Shown here piece by piece: positions 9,611 to 22,016 of a DNA stretch of 64,000 nucleotides (position 1 is its first letter; the number at the start of each line of letters is the position of its first letter). Both the position numbers and the translations under genes were made by a program. This DNA comes from Rhodospirillales bacterium (GTDB lineage Bacteria > Pseudomonadota > Alphaproteobacteria > Bin95). The stretch covers positions 992,001 through 1,056,000 of the forward strand of contig JAYQLI010000035.1 of NCBI GenBank assembly GCA_038143065.1. The letters are read 5' to 3'. The notes under the pieces are model-generated. The model was not told the origin of the DNA. It ran no database searches and worked only from the letters and a program-made list of their open reading frames with translations.

Positions 9611-12493
9611 ATGAGCAAAGCGCCCATCGGAAAAAAAAATATGCAATCACGGGATAGTCTGCGAAACATTTCAGTCCGTGGTGCTAGAGAGCATAATTTA
9701 AAAGATGTGGACGTGGATCTCCCAAGAGATCAATTGATCGTCATAACTGGACTATCTGGGTCAGGAAAATCCTCTCTTGCTTTCGATACTATTTATGCCG
9801 AGGGACAAAGACGATATGTCGAAAGTCTATCTGCTTACGCTCGCCAATTCTTAGAAATGATGCAAAAACCGGATGTGGACCTTATTGAAGGTCTATCTCC
9901 CTCGATATCGATAGAGCAGAAAACAACAAGCCGGAATCCTAGATCGACAGTAGGTACAGTAACTGAAATTTATGACTATATGCGGTTACTTTGGGCTCGG
10001 ACTGGAATTCCTTATTCCCCTGCAACGGGCCTACCCATCGAAAGTCAGACGATTAGTCAAATGGCAGATCGGATTATGGCTATGGGGGAAGGAACACGCC
10101 TTTACCTTTTGGCCCCAATTGTCCGAGGAAGAAAAGGTGAATTTCGAAAAGAATTAGCCGACCTCGCCCGCCGCGGATTTCAGCGCGTAAAAATAGATGG
10201 CGAAGTGTTGCTCATAGAGGATGCCCCATTACTCAAGAAAAACTTTAAACACGACATAGATGTTGTGGTTGATAGATTTATTGTGCGAGAGGAGGCATCA
10301 GCGCGTCTAGCAGACAGCCTTGAAACCGCCATTGGATTGACTGACGGTTTGGCAACTGTGGAGAATGCCGATGATGGGACAGAAACAGTGTTTTCAAGTC
10401 GCTTTGCATGCCCCGTCTCAGGCTTCACTATTCCCGAAATCGAGCCGAGGCTTTTTTCCTTTAATAATCCATTTGGCGCGTGCCCAGTTTGCGATGGAAT
10501 AGGCACCGAGCAGCATTGTGACGCAGAACTTGTAGTTCCTAATCCTTTGATGTCTATGCGGGATGGAGCCATTGCTCCATGGGCTTCATCTAGTTCATCA
10601 TATTATGAGCAAACTCTCGAAGGAATTTGTAAGCACTTTAAGGTAGGGATGAAGACACCCTTCGGCGAGCTACCAAAAAACGTGATAGAAGCCATTCTTT
10701 TTGGATCTGGTGAAGAAGTCATACCAATCAAATATGATGACGGCCTCCGTTCTTACACGGTGAAAAAAACCTTCGAAGGAGTGGTAAATAATCTCGAACG
10801 GCGGTGGCGCGAAACTGATAGCTCTTGGGTGAGAGAAGAGCTCTCAAAGTTCATGTCAGCAGCAGCATGTGCAACTTGCAAAGGCAAGCGACTAAAGCCC
10901 GAAGCTTTGGCCGTAAAAATTGATATGCGGGATATCTCTGAAGTTACGGATTTTTCAGTAGCAAAAGCGAAAGACTGGTTTCTTGAACTCCCCAAATCCT
11001 TATCTCCTAAGCAACTAGAAATTGGTGAACGTATCCTTAAAGAAATCAATGAGCGGCTTGGTTTTTTGGTCGATGTTGGCCTCGGTTATTTAACATTGTC
11101 TCGTGGTTCTGGAGGTCTTTCTGGAGGAGAAAGTCAACGGATCAGGTTAGCTTCACAGATAGGATCGGGACTCACTGGGGTACTTTATGTTCTTGACGAG
11201 CCCTCCATTGGCCTCCACCAGCGAGATAATGCAAGACTTCTTCAAACACTAAACAGACTGCGAGACTTAGGTAACACTGTAATCGTGGTTGAGCATGATG
11301 AGGATGCTATTAGAAGCGCGGACTACGTCGTGGATATGGGACCTCTAGCAGGTGTTCATGGTGGCCAAGTAGTAGCTTTTGGCACGCCGCAGGAAGTCAT
11401 GAACCACCCCGACAGCCTTACCGGGCAATACCTAACCGGGGTTAAGCAAATAGCCGTTCCCGTGAAAAGGCGTATCGGTGATGGTCGAACACTAACCATC
11501 CGAGGTGCAAAAGGTAACAATCTAAAAAATATTGATGCATCATTTCCATTGGGAATGTTAACCGCTGTAACTGGAGTTTCCGGTGGCGGTAAATCAACAC
11601 TTGTAATCGATACTCTGTATAAGGCATTGGCTCGCAGAGTAATGAATGCTCGAGCTGCTCCAGAGAGCCACGAACGGATCGATGGAGTAGAGTTTATCGA
11701 TAAGGTGATTGATATTGATCAATCACCGATAGGACGGACCCCAAGATCCAACCCTGCCACTTATACAGGCGCTTTTACGCCTATCAGGGACTGGTTCGCT
11801 GGCCTTCCCGAAGCAAAAGCACGCGGCTATAAACCAGGACGCTTTAGTTTTAACGTAAAAGGAGGCCGCTGTGAGGCGTGCCAAGGTGATGGTGTCATCA
11901 AAATTGAGATGCACTTTCTGCCTGATGTTTATGTTGAATGCGATGCCTGCAAAGGGAAGCGCTACAACAGAGAAACTCTAGAGGTAAAGTATAACGGACG
12001 TTCAATTGCTGATGTTCTTGACCTTACCGTAGAGGAAGGAGTCAAAGAATTCTCTGCTGTACCATCTATTCGAGAAAAATTATCGACACTGGAACAGGTT
12101 GGACTGGGCTACGTTAAAATTGGTCAACGCGCTACAACCTTATCAGGAGGTGAAGCCCAACGGGTTAAACTTGCTAAGGAACTATCTAGAAGGGCTACCG
12201 GTCGCACTCTTTACATTCTAGATGAACCTACAACAGGACTCCATTTTGAAGACGTTCGCAAATTGCTCGATGTACTTCACGCGCTGATAGATCAAGGCAA
12301 TAGTATTATTGTGATCGAACATAATTTAGAGGTAATCAAAACCGCTGATTGGGTTATAGACCTCGGGCCCGAAGGCGGAGATGGTGGTGGCCAAATCGTA
12401 GCATCCGGCACGCCAGAAGAAGTTGCGGCCACGACAGGTAGTTTTACAGGCGAATATCTTGCAAATTTTGTTTACACAAAAAAGAAAATATAA
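9611..12493 (+). CDS. uvrA: Excinuclease ABC subunit A
   Basis: Two ABC ATPase domains ([21 protein letters not shown] twice) and zinc fingers; intact 960 aa. Confidence 0.98.
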   Translation: MSKAPIGKKNMQSRDSLRNISVRGAREHNLKDVDVDLPRDQLIVITGLSGSGKSSLAFDTIYAEGQRRYVESLSAYARQFLEMMQKPDVDLIEGLSPSISIEQKTTSRNPRSTVGTVTEIYDYMRLLWARTGIPYSPATGLPIESQTISQMADRIMAMGEGTRLYLLAPIVRGRKGEFRKELADLARRGFQRVKIDGEVLLIEDAPLLKKNFKHDIDVVVDRFIVREEASARLADSLETAIGLTDGLATVENADDGTETVFSSRFACPVSGFTIPEIEPRLFSFNNPFGACPVCDGIGTEQHCDAELVVPNPLMSMRDGAIAPWASSSSSYYEQTLEGICKHFKVGMKTPFGELPKNVIEAILFGSGEEVIPIKYDDGLRSYTVKKTFEGVVNNLERRWRETDSSWVREELSKFMSAAACATCKGKRLKPEALAVKIDMRDISEVTDFSVAKAKDWFLELPKSLSPKQLEIGERILKEINERLGFLVDVGLGYLTLSRGSGGLSGGESQRIRLASQIGSGLTGVLYVLDEPSIGLHQRDNARLLQTLNRLRDLGNTVIVVEHDEDAIRSADYVVDMGPLAGVHGGQVVAFGTPQEVMNHPDSLTGQYLTGVKQIAVPVKRRIGDGRTLTIRGAKGNNLKNIDASFPLGMLTAVTGVSGGGKSTLVIDTLYKALARRVMNARAAPESHERIDGVEFIDKVIDIDQSPIGRTPRSNPATYTGAFTPIRDWFAGLPEAKARGYKPGRFSFNVKGGRCEACQGDGVIKIEMHFLPDVYVECDACKGKRYNRETLEVKYNGRSIADVLDLTVEEGVKEFSAVPSIREKLSTLEQVGLGYVKIGQRATTLSGGEAQRVKLAKELSRRATGRTLYILDEPTTGLHFEDVRKLLDVLHALIDQGNSIIVIEHNLEVIKTADWVIDLGPEGGDGGGQIVASGTPEEVAATTGSFTGEYLANFVYTKKKI

Positions 12494-12515
12494 ATTTCTC
12501 ATTACTTAAGAACGC

Positions 12516-12555
12516 AAAAAAAATGCCCCGTGGTCCGCATAAGACAACGAGGCAT
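12516..12555 (-). terminator. Rho-independent terminator after the peroxiredoxin gene
   Basis: Minus strand ATGCCTCGTTGTC-loop-GACCACGGGGCAT followed by a T run. Confidence 0.65.
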
Positions 12556-12576
12556 CTAATTTGATTAGAACAGCGT

Positions 12577-13059
12577 TTAAAGATTAGCTAGTATATTTTC
12601 AGCAGTAGAGTTCTCAACTTGCCCAGGTTCCTCGAGAAATAGCTGGCTTATTGTTCCATTCTCAACAATCATTGCGCAACGGCGCATCCGGGTTCCAAGT
12701 CCAAAGCCAGAACCATCCATCTCTAAACCACAAGCTTTGGCAAATTCACCATTACCATCTGCGACCATCTTCACTCTCGCACCAACATTTTGATCCTTAC
12801 CCCAGGCACCCATGACAAATGGATCGTTGACCGAGACACAGGCAATTTCATCAATCCCTTTAGCCTTGATGGCCTCAGCGTTTTGAACAAAACCAGGAAG
12901 ATGTTTTGCTGAACAGGGAGGAGTAAAGGCACCACGCACTGCAAATAAGACAACTTTCTTACCAGCAAGAAGATCTTCACTTGTTAGATTTTCTGGACCG
13001 CTATGACCCATAGTTTTAAAAGTAACAGACGGGGCCTTATCTCCAGCTTTAATTGCCAT
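12577..13059 (-). CDS. Peroxiredoxin, Prx5 type
   Basis: GAFTPPCSAKHLPGF, SVNDPFVMGAW, ADGNGEF. Confidence 0.92.
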   Translation of the reverse strand: MAIKAGDKAPSVTFKTMGHSGPENLTSEDLLAGKKVVLFAVRGAFTPPCSAKHLPGFVQNAEAIKAKGIDEIACVSVNDPFVMGAWGKDQNVGARVKMVADGNGEFAKACGLEMDGSGFGLGTRMRRCAMIVENGTISQLFLEEPGQVENSTAENILANL

Positions 13060-13149
13060 AATCATTCTCCATGTATATCCGTTTGTAAGCGCGTATCTCA
13101 CACTTTTAGTAGCAAAATATTTAATCGCTTCTGATAGGAATAAAAGGCT

Positions 13150-15195
13150 TTAACTTCCTCGCGCTTGAATTATTGCCTGCATAACAGCATTAGCCGACAA
13201 TAATTCTGGCAGCACAATCCCCTCTTTCGCACCGGGACCATAAACGATATTGAAAGGTATCCCAAATCGATTATTCCGCGCTAAGAAATCTGAAATAACA
13301 GTATCGGGCCGCGTCCAATCCGCCTGAATAGGGGTAACATCTTCGGTAAGAAGGTTAAGAATTGGATTATTGTACAGAACTGTAGCCTTATTCCACTTAC
13401 ACGTAACGCACCATTCAGCGGTTACATCTACTAAAATTATTTCTCCAGAATCTATACGACGAGAAATATCCAACTCGTCAAATTTTATCCATTTCACAGA
13501 GTCAAAGCTGGCTCGTTCAGGCGTCACTTGCGTAATTTCTAAAGCAAGAAGGGCTGCACTGATGGCACATAAAGTTGCCAGCCAGCGCACTTGAGCTCGA
13601 AACCAACTGAAAAACCCAACTATCAAAACAGAAGCTATTCCGACAAAGGCCGAAGCTACTAAACCTGTTTGGTTAAATAGGATCCAAAGTAGCCAAGCCC
13701 CAGTCAACGCAACAAAAAATCCCATACCTATCCGAACTGTCTGCATCCAGCGACCTGGTCGAGGCAACATTTTTACGACGGACGGAAATAAGGCAGTCAA
13801 GAGATATGGAAGACACAGCCCCATAGCCATAGCCACAAAGACAACTATGATTTCAAACGCGCCCCTAGATAACGCAAAAGTTAGGGCCGTCCCCACAAAC
13901 GGTGCTGAGCATGGTGTAGCCAATAATGTCACCAATACTCCGGTCCAAAATGCTCCTCCAAGACCAGACGCCGGTCTATTATCAGAAATACGAGCGATGC
14001 CCTGCGGTAAAGAAAATTCGAAAAAACCCCAGAGGTTGCTAGCAAAGAGAGCCATTACGAAAACCATTACGGCTACAAAAAATGGCTCTTGAAATTGCAT
14101 GCCCCACCCAACAGTCATGCCTAGATGTTTTAGTGCGATAGCTCCCAAAGCTAATCCTAAAAAAGAGACCAGGATTCCCGCACTCGTCGCTAGAAAACCC
14201 ATACGGATTGCTCGTCTACTATCGTCAAAATGGCTGAGAACACTGGTGAGTTTTATTGCTAATACTGGCAGGACACAGGGCATAAAATTCAGGACAAAGC
14301 CACCTATTAGAGCGAGCACTACGATTAGTAGAAGTTCGCGTGGCCCAATTGGATTTGCTGAAAGCTGGGAAAGAGAAGCTTTTTGGCTAAAAGATTGGCC
14401 ATTTAAGACGAGGGTGTACGTCGCCTCCTGGCCTGGCGAGGGAAAAGCTGGCGGAATAGAAGTGGCGACTGATGTTAGGCGAAACCTATCCCCAGAAAGC
14501 ACATCAATCTTTGGTGCAGAGAAAAAATATCCAGATAGTCCATCGATGAAGAGATCGCCTTCCTGGACAGTAAACGGCGCCTTCCCCTCCAGTATTAGTT
14601 CTACTGGATTTGTTTTGGTCGATAACGATACCCTCTCAACACCAAATCCTGCCCCTGCTGGAGCCGGAGAAAGGCCTCGCGCTTGATCTATGGCAAAAGA
14701 ATAAACAGTAGGCTGCGGGGAGCCTGCTGGCAGGAAAATATTGAACTGAGCAGATTGTGGAATGCAAATTTCTTTACAAGTGAGAAACTCAACTTTCAGG
14801 TCGAGCTTGGCTGGTTTACGAGGGTCATCAATAGAAACATTTAATGGCAGTAGAACATCACCAGTGTATCCAATTGAATCGTATCCAAACACATTAAAGC
14901 GCTTTGGCGTTGGCCAAGTCACATCCAACTTTCGCACGTTCTCCGAGCCTGCCCAGTCGAAATTGGGGGGATAACCTTGGGGGCCGGGTGCTTTCCAATA
15001 GGTTTTCCAACCTTCTTTAAGCTTAATTTCAAAGCCGATCGGAGCAGCACTAGAAAGACCCGAAGTGGAGACCCCAGATATCAGTCGGGAACGAGCTTCA
15101 GAAGACACGACCCATTCAGACTCAATTGCGCACGACGCAGAGCCACAAATCAGAGAGGATGTGAGCACTAAGATAAATGAAATATATCGTGTCAT
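13150..15195 (-). CDS. DsbD/ScsB-family protein-disulfide reductase
   Basis: Signal peptide; N-domain GWKTYWKAPG and CKEIC; membrane domain NFMPCVLP and ATPCSAPF; thioredoxin-like WCVTC. Start inferred. Confidence 0.88.
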   Translation of the reverse strand: MTRYISFILVLTSSLICGSASCAIESEWVVSSEARSRLISGVSTSGLSSAAPIGFEIKLKEGWKTYWKAPGPQGYPPNFDWAGSENVRKLDVTWPTPKRFNVFGYDSIGYTGDVLLPLNVSIDDPRKPAKLDLKVEFLTCKEICIPQSAQFNIFLPAGSPQPTVYSFAIDQARGLSPAPAGAGFGVERVSLSTKTNPVELILEGKAPFTVQEGDLFIDGLSGYFFSAPKIDVLSGDRFRLTSVATSIPPAFPSPGQEATYTLVLNGQSFSQKASLSQLSANPIGPRELLLIVVLALIGGFVLNFMPCVLPVLAIKLTSVLSHFDDSRRAIRMGFLATSAGILVSFLGLALGAIALKHLGMTVGWGMQFQEPFFVAVMVFVMALFASNLWGFFEFSLPQGIARISDNRPASGLGGAFWTGVLVTLLATPCSAPFVGTALTFALSRGAFEIIVVFVAMAMGLCLPYLLTALFPSVVKMLPRPGRWMQTVRIGMGFFVALTGAWLLWILFNQTGLVASAFVGIASVLIVGFFSWFRAQVRWLATLCAISAALLALEITQVTPERASFDSVKWIKFDELDISRRIDSGEIILVDVTAEWCVTCKWNKATVLYNNPILNLLTEDVTPIQADWTRPDTVISDFLARNNRFGIPFNIVYGPGAKEGIVLPELLSANAVMQAIIQARGS

Positions 15196-15297
15196 ATAAG
15201 ATTTGATATAAACCATGTTCAAATCCATACCAGTCCCAGTTTGCACTTCTGTTTGTAAATGCTTGCTTCGATAGAAAGTGTTTCTTAATTTTACCGC

Positions 15298-15867
15298 ATG
15301 TCGGACACCAAAGACATCAGTCTCCAAGGCAGACTCTTAATCGCATCGCCAGCCATGGGAGACCCACGGTTTGAGAAAACCGTCATTTATATGTGCGCTC
15401 ATTCTCAGCATGGGGGGGCGATGGGTATTGTAATAAATAAGCCAGTAGAAGGCATAAACTTTCAAGAGTTATTTGAGCAGCTGGAAATACAAAACATCGC
15501 TATTGAGTCCTTACAAATCCAGTACGGGGGACCCGTCGAAAATACCAGGGGTTTTATTCTTCACTCTGCCGAATATAGAGCCGAAGAAGTGTCCGAAATT
15601 TCTCCAGATATATCATTGAGTGCCTCAATAGATATCTTGCAGGACATTGCTTCAGGAAATGGACCCAAACAACGTATATTTGCTTTAGGCTATTCTGGAT
15701 GGGGGCCCGGACAGCTTGAGGATGAAATCAAACAAAATGGTTGGTTAGTAGTGGACGCAGATACAGATCTGGTTTTTGGACCAGAACTCGAGCAGAAGTG
15801 GGACCAAGCTCTCGCCAAAATTGGCATCGACCCAGGGAAGTTATCAAGCCAGGCTGGTAACGCCTAG
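15298..15867 (+). CDS. YqgE/AlgH family protein
   Basis: LLIASPAMGDPRF, YGGPV, LGYSGWGPGQLEDEI, terminal AGNA. Confidence 0.92.
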   Translation: MSDTKDISLQGRLLIASPAMGDPRFEKTVIYMCAHSQHGGAMGIVINKPVEGINFQELFEQLEIQNIAIESLQIQYGGPVENTRGFILHSAEYRAEEVSEISPDISLSASIDILQDIASGNGPKQRIFALGYSGWGPGQLEDEIKQNGWLVVDADTDLVFGPELEQKWDQALAKIGIDPGKLSSQAGNA

Positions 15868-15985
15868 AATCCTGTAAGACTATAACTCATGAGAATTTTC
15901 GACTTACTTTCCAAGGATCTTTTAAATCCTTCAATGGATCATTAATCCTGAATAAGAAGAACAATGCACTCTTCTTTTTTAAGAA

Positions 15986-17059
<1,074 letters not shown>

Positions 17060-17076
17060 TCACGCCCCTAAAGTAG

Positions 17077-17129
17077 ATATACACAAAGTTATCCACAATC
17101 TGACTCGCGTCAAGAATCTAGTAGAGTCA
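17077..17129. promoter_or_regulatory. DnaA box(es) and GANTC cluster upstream of ccrM
   Basis: Perfect TTATCCACA at 17089-17097, near-match ATATACACA at 17077-17085; GACTC 17102, GAATC 17114, GAGTC 17125. Confidence 0.65.
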
Positions 17130-17751
17130 AAAGCTTGGCGACAGGTTTGAAAGTTCTACGGTGATGTATTGTTGGGCCTAAATCTAACAACGCACGACTA
17201 TGCTCTGCCACACCATATCCTGCGTTGCGTTCCCAGCCATATCCAGGATATTGGGTTGCGAGCTGCGCCATATAGCGATCTCGAGATACCTTGGCGTAAA
17301 TTGACGCAGCTGCGATAGAAGCAGATTTTCCGTCTCCTTTTACAACAGTTTGCACGGCGCAAGATACGTTAGGTGACTGATTTCCATCGATGAGAGCAAG
17401 CGCTACAGGCTGATCAGCTAAAAGTTCCAGGTTGGAGATTGCGCGCGCCATGGCCAGTTTGGTTGCTTGTAAAATGTTAATCTCGTCAATTTCCTCAACA
17501 GTTGCCTCGGCCAGAGCGACAATTCCATAATCTTGAATTTTAAGAAAAATCTTTTCCCTAATGTTTTTACTCAATTTTTTTGAATCATTTAATTGATCCA
17601 AAAAACTTTGCGGCGCATTGCGACCAAAAAGCCAAACAGCGCACGCGAAAACGGGGCCCGCCCACGGACCCCGTCCCACCTCGTCAACACCAACAATGAT
17701 CCCAGATATGCCTCTCCTCTGCGCGGCCTTCTCCAAGGAGAAGTCTGGCAT
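17110..17751 (-). CDS. rnhB: Ribonuclease HII
   Basis: GVDEVGRGPWAGPV, DSKKL, IDGN, KGD..S.SIAAASI.AKV.RD. Confidence 0.96.
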   Translation of the reverse strand: MPDFSLEKAAQRRGISGIIVGVDEVGRGPWAGPVFACAVWLFGRNAPQSFLDQLNDSKKLSKNIREKIFLKIQDYGIVALAEATVEEIDEINILQATKLAMARAISNLELLADQPVALALIDGNQSPNVSCAVQTVVKGDGKSASIAAASIYAKVSRDRYMAQLATQYPGYGWERNAGYGVAEHSRALLDLGPTIHHRRTFKPVAKLLTLLDS

Positions 17752-17764
17752 TGATGCATCAACT

Positions 17765-19003
17765 CTACTGTGCGGCCTTCGCCGCCCTAGGCGGCCAATC
17801 TACCTGCCGACGTAGCTCTAGGCGTGCAATTTGCTGGCGATGCACCTCGTCTGGACCATCAGCAAAACGAAGTGCACGCATGCGGCTCCACATGTATGAA
17901 AGTTTAAAAGCCTGACTCATTGCTCCACCACCGTGAGCTTGCATTGCATCATCAATAACTTGAAGAGCCATATTTGGAGCCGCTACTTTGATCATGGCAA
18001 TTTCTTGCCTTGCCTCTTTATTGCCTACCGTATCCATCATATGAGCGGCCTTGAGGGTTAATAGCCTGCACATCTCAATATTTATGCGAGCGTTCGCAAC
18101 CCGCTCCATGAAGTTATCTCGTTCAGCTAAAGCTTTCCCCCATGTTACCCGCTCTGTCCCTCGGTGACACATCATCTCAAGCGCACGTTCAGCAACTCCA
18201 ATGATACGCATGCAATGGTGAATCCGTCCCGGGCCCAATCGACCTTGAGCAATCTCGAAGCCTCTACCTTCACCCAAGAGGATATTCTCTGCAGGCACCC
18301 TAACATTATCAAATAATACCTGACCGTGCCCATGGGGCGCGTCATCGAAGCCCATAACAAGAAGCATTTTTTCTACCGTAATACCCGGTGTATCGCGGGG
18401 CACTAAAATCATAGACTGTTGACGATAAGTTGGGGCTGAGGGGTCTGTCTTACCCATCAGGATCAAGATCTTGCAACGAGGGTCGCCGATGCCACTTGTC
18501 CACCATTTTCTGCCGTTGATCACATACTCGTCACCATCACGCTCGATACGACAGGCAATATTGGTTGCATCTGAGGAAGCTACGGCCGGCTCTGTCATAG
18601 CAAATGCTGAGCGCATTTCACCATTCAGAAGAGGTTCAAGCCATTCTTTCTTATGCCCAGGAGTTCCATAACGCTCGAGCACCTCCATGTTACCGGTGTC
18701 TGGTGCGGAGCAGTTAAAAGCTTCAGGAGCCCAGTGAACCTTTCCCATAATCTCGCATACAGGCGCATATTCTAGATTGGTTAGCCCAGCACCATTCAAA
18801 CTCTCTGGAAGAAAATAATTCCAAAGGCCCTCATCTTTCGCCTTTTGCTTTACTTCCTCCAGTATCGGAACGACCTTCCACCGATTTCCGCCCTCATCGA
18901 GTTGATCATAATATTTCTGTTCATTCGGGTAGACATACCGATCCATAAAATCTTCTACGCGTGCACATACTTCCTTAGTCTGGTCTGAATATTCAAACTC
19001 CAT
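17765..19003 (-). CDS. Acyl-CoA dehydrogenase, ACAD10/11 (LvaC)-like subfamily
   Basis: [52 protein letters not shown]. Confidence 0.9.
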   Translation of the reverse strand: MEFEYSDQTKEVCARVEDFMDRYVYPNEQKYYDQLDEGGNRWKVVPILEEVKQKAKDEGLWNYFLPESLNGAGLTNLEYAPVCEIMGKVHWAPEAFNCSAPDTGNMEVLERYGTPGHKKEWLEPLLNGEMRSAFAMTEPAVASSDATNIACRIERDGDEYVINGRKWWTSGIGDPRCKILILMGKTDPSAPTYRQQSMILVPRDTPGITVEKMLLVMGFDDAPHGHGQVLFDNVRVPAENILLGEGRGFEIAQGRLGPGRIHHCMRIIGVAERALEMMCHRGTERVTWGKALAERDNFMERVANARINIEMCRLLTLKAAHMMDTVGNKEARQEIAMIKVAAPNMALQVIDDAMQAHGGGAMSQAFKLSYMWSRMRALRFADGPDEVHRQQIARLELRRQVDWPPRAAKAAQ

Positions 19004-19245
19004 GCGAATTCCTCCAGGGCGTGACATCAAAACTTAAGCAACTTAACTTTAGACGTATGCAAAGCACCGCGCCAAGTGCATCAGTCCACCTACTAACAAA
19101 TATTTCAAATTGGGTTTCGAAAAAATTTCCCAAAAATAACGCCCTATGCACTCAATGAAACTTAGTAATTTCCTTAAGCTCTTTATCTGTGAGTTAGATC
19201 AGATAACATCTACTTGAAACATTCTCAGCAGGACAAATTCAAGCG

Positions 19246-20857
19246 ATGGTTGATACGTTCAACTACATAATTGTTGGTGCAGGCTCAGCGGGTTGCGTTT
19301 TGGCCAACCGACTTTCAGCAAACCCAAAAATTTCCGTACTGCTACTCGAAGCAGGTGGTGAAGACAAAAATTTTTGGATTCATGCTCCAAGTGGTTTTGC
19401 TAAACTCATGAATGACTCAAGGTTCAATTGGCTCTTCGAGACCGATCCTCATCCTGCTACTGGTGACCGCAAAATTCCAATCCCACGAGGAAAAGTCTTG
19501 GGAGGCTCTTCTTCGATTAATGGTCTTCTTTATGTGCGGGGACAAGCCCGGGACTATGATGGATGGTCCCAACTTGGAAATAGAGGCTGGTCTTTTCAAG
19601 ATATACTTCCCTACTTCAAACGATCAGAAGATTTTTATGGTGGGGAAGATGAATTTCATGGAGCAGACGGACCATTAACGGTCTCAGAGCCGGCTGAAGA
19701 CCACCCCCTAGATCGGATTTTTTAGAGGCCTGCAGCCAAGCAGGGCATCAAATAGGCCATGACTATAATGGTCGCTCTCAAGAAGGTTTCACAAAAAGTC
19801 AGTCCACCACCTTTGGAAATAAGCGACGCAGCACAGCTGCTGCATTCCTTGAACCAGTGCGGCACCGCTCCAATCTCCGGGTGCAGACTAATGCGTTGTC
19901 CGAGAAAATTATTTTTGAAGGAAAACGTGCAGTAGGCGTAGCGTACCGCACTAATGACAAATTGATTGAGGCACGCGCGAGCGGGGAGGTAATCCTATCG
20001 GCTGGAGCAGTTCAATCCCCTCAACTTCTGGAGCTTTCAGGTATTGGTGATCCCGAAATTATCAAAGAAGCAGGATTAGAAGTATTTCACGCCCTCCTGG
20101 AGTTGGTGAAAATTATCAAGATCACTTTGCGTGTCGAGTTAATTGGCGAATGAAAAATATTCGCACCTTCAATGAGCGTGCCCAGGGGCTACGAAAGCTT
20201 TGGGAAGGCTTACGTTACCTCACTGCAAGGCAAGGACTCCTGGCAAATACTGCCGCAAATGTTATGGGATTTGCCAAAACTCGACCAGAACTAGAGACCC
20301 CAGATGTACAATTTTTCATGACACCTGCTAGTTTCAAAAATGCAGGAGACCGGGTACTCGACCCTGAGCCTGGAATGACTGTTGGACCGTGCCAACTCAG
20401 ACCAGAAAGTAGAGGAACTATTCACATAAGATCGTCAAATCCTCTTATGGCACCTTCGATCCGCCCCAACTTTCTGACTGTGAAAAACGATGGTGATACA
20501 TTTGTCGCCGCCATCAAGTTAATCAGAGAAATTGCAAAGCAGTCTGCACTTCAACCTTATATCTCCCTTGAAATGAACCCTGGCCATGCTTGCCAGTCTG
20601 ATGATGAAATCTTGGATTATGTCCGCCAGACAGGCCAAACAGTTTATCATCCTGTGGGCACCGCAAAAATGGGTCCCATTGGAGACAAAAAAGCAGTAGT
20701 TGACGACAGGCTACGAGTTAAAGGTATTGATAGACTCAGGGTTGTTGATGCCTCAATCATGCCCCTTCTCGTATCCGGCAATACCAATGCTCCAGTAATT
20801 ATGATTGCGGAGAAAGCGGCTGATATGATTGCAGAGGACGCCAATACGCCTTCTTAG
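19246..20857 (+). CDS. GMC-family oxidoreductase (choline dehydrogenase-like), two frameshifts
   Basis: GAGSAG, GKVLGGSSSING, YHPVGTAKMG, LRVVDASIMP...GNTNAP. Breaks near 19720 and 20096. Confidence 0.88.
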
Positions 20858-20936
20858 CCACAATCAATAACTTAATTAGAAAAGAAGCTGGGCCTGCACT
20901 CAAAAAGGCCGTGTTTCCATTGTAACTCTCACTTCA

Positions 20937-21874
20937 TCATCCTTTGAGAAACGCCTCTATGTCATCAGGCGTTTCTACGTTGGAAGACGACAGTTCAGGG
21001 TTAATGCGCCTGACCATTCCAGAAAGTACCTTTCCACACCCTATTTCCACCAATTCTTCTACGCCCATTTCGCTCATTGAAATTACGCACTCACGCCAGC
21101 GAACAGTTGCCGTTACTTGCTGAATTAATAAACGCTTTATTTCATCAGGCTCCGCAACTGGTTTTGCAGTAACATTTGAAACAAGTGGAACAACAGGAGC
21201 TGACATCTGGGTCGTCTCAAAAGCTTCTGCCATAATATCTGCAACTTTGGTCAACAAGGAACAATGAAAAGGGGCAGATACTGGCAGCATTATTGCCCGC
21301 CTAGCTCCCTCGCCTTAGCAGCTTCCACTGCACGCTCGACGGCCTCTTTCGATCCAGAGACAACAACTTGACCGGGGGCATTATCGTTAGCAACATCACA
21401 CACCTGGCCTTGACTTCCTTCAACGGCAGCTTCCTGCGCTGCATCAAGGTCTAAACCTAGAAGAGCTGCCATCGCACCTTCACCTGCGGGTACAGCTGTC
21501 TGCATTGCTTGGCCACGTAACTTCAAAAGTCGGGCGGCATCTGCAAGACCTAAAGCACCAGCAGCAGCCAAAGCTGAATATTCACCAAGCGAATGCCCGG
21601 CAATTAGTTTTGCAGATACTCCGAGATCGAAGCCCGCCTCCGCCTCCAGTACGCGGATAATGGCCACACTGTTCGCCATTAGGGCTGGCTGAGTATTTTC
21701 GGTAAGAGTTAAATCCTCCATTGGCCCGTGAAACATTAAGCCAGAAAGATTCTGGGAAAGAGCGTCATCAACCTCCTGAAAAACTTCCCTAGCAGCGGGA
21801 AAGGCCTCAGCCAATAATTTCCCCATCCCAACCGTCTGGGATCCCTGCCCAGGAAAAACAAAAGCTCTAACCAT
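20937..21874 (-). CDS. fabD: Malonyl-CoA:ACP transacylase (frameshift near 21308)
   Basis: FPGQGSQ, TENTQPA, GHSLGEY, PVSAPFH. Confidence 0.95.
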
Positions 21875-22016
21875 TTTTCAGTCTCTTTACACAGATATTT
21901 GAACCACCAAGAACGCCGTCTGTTCGCCAAATTGTCAAGCAGAGGCATGGTAATAATATCTATTAATCTTCGTCGGCGAAGATGCAGGTAGGAAGATGCC
22001 AAGTATATTCTTAAGG

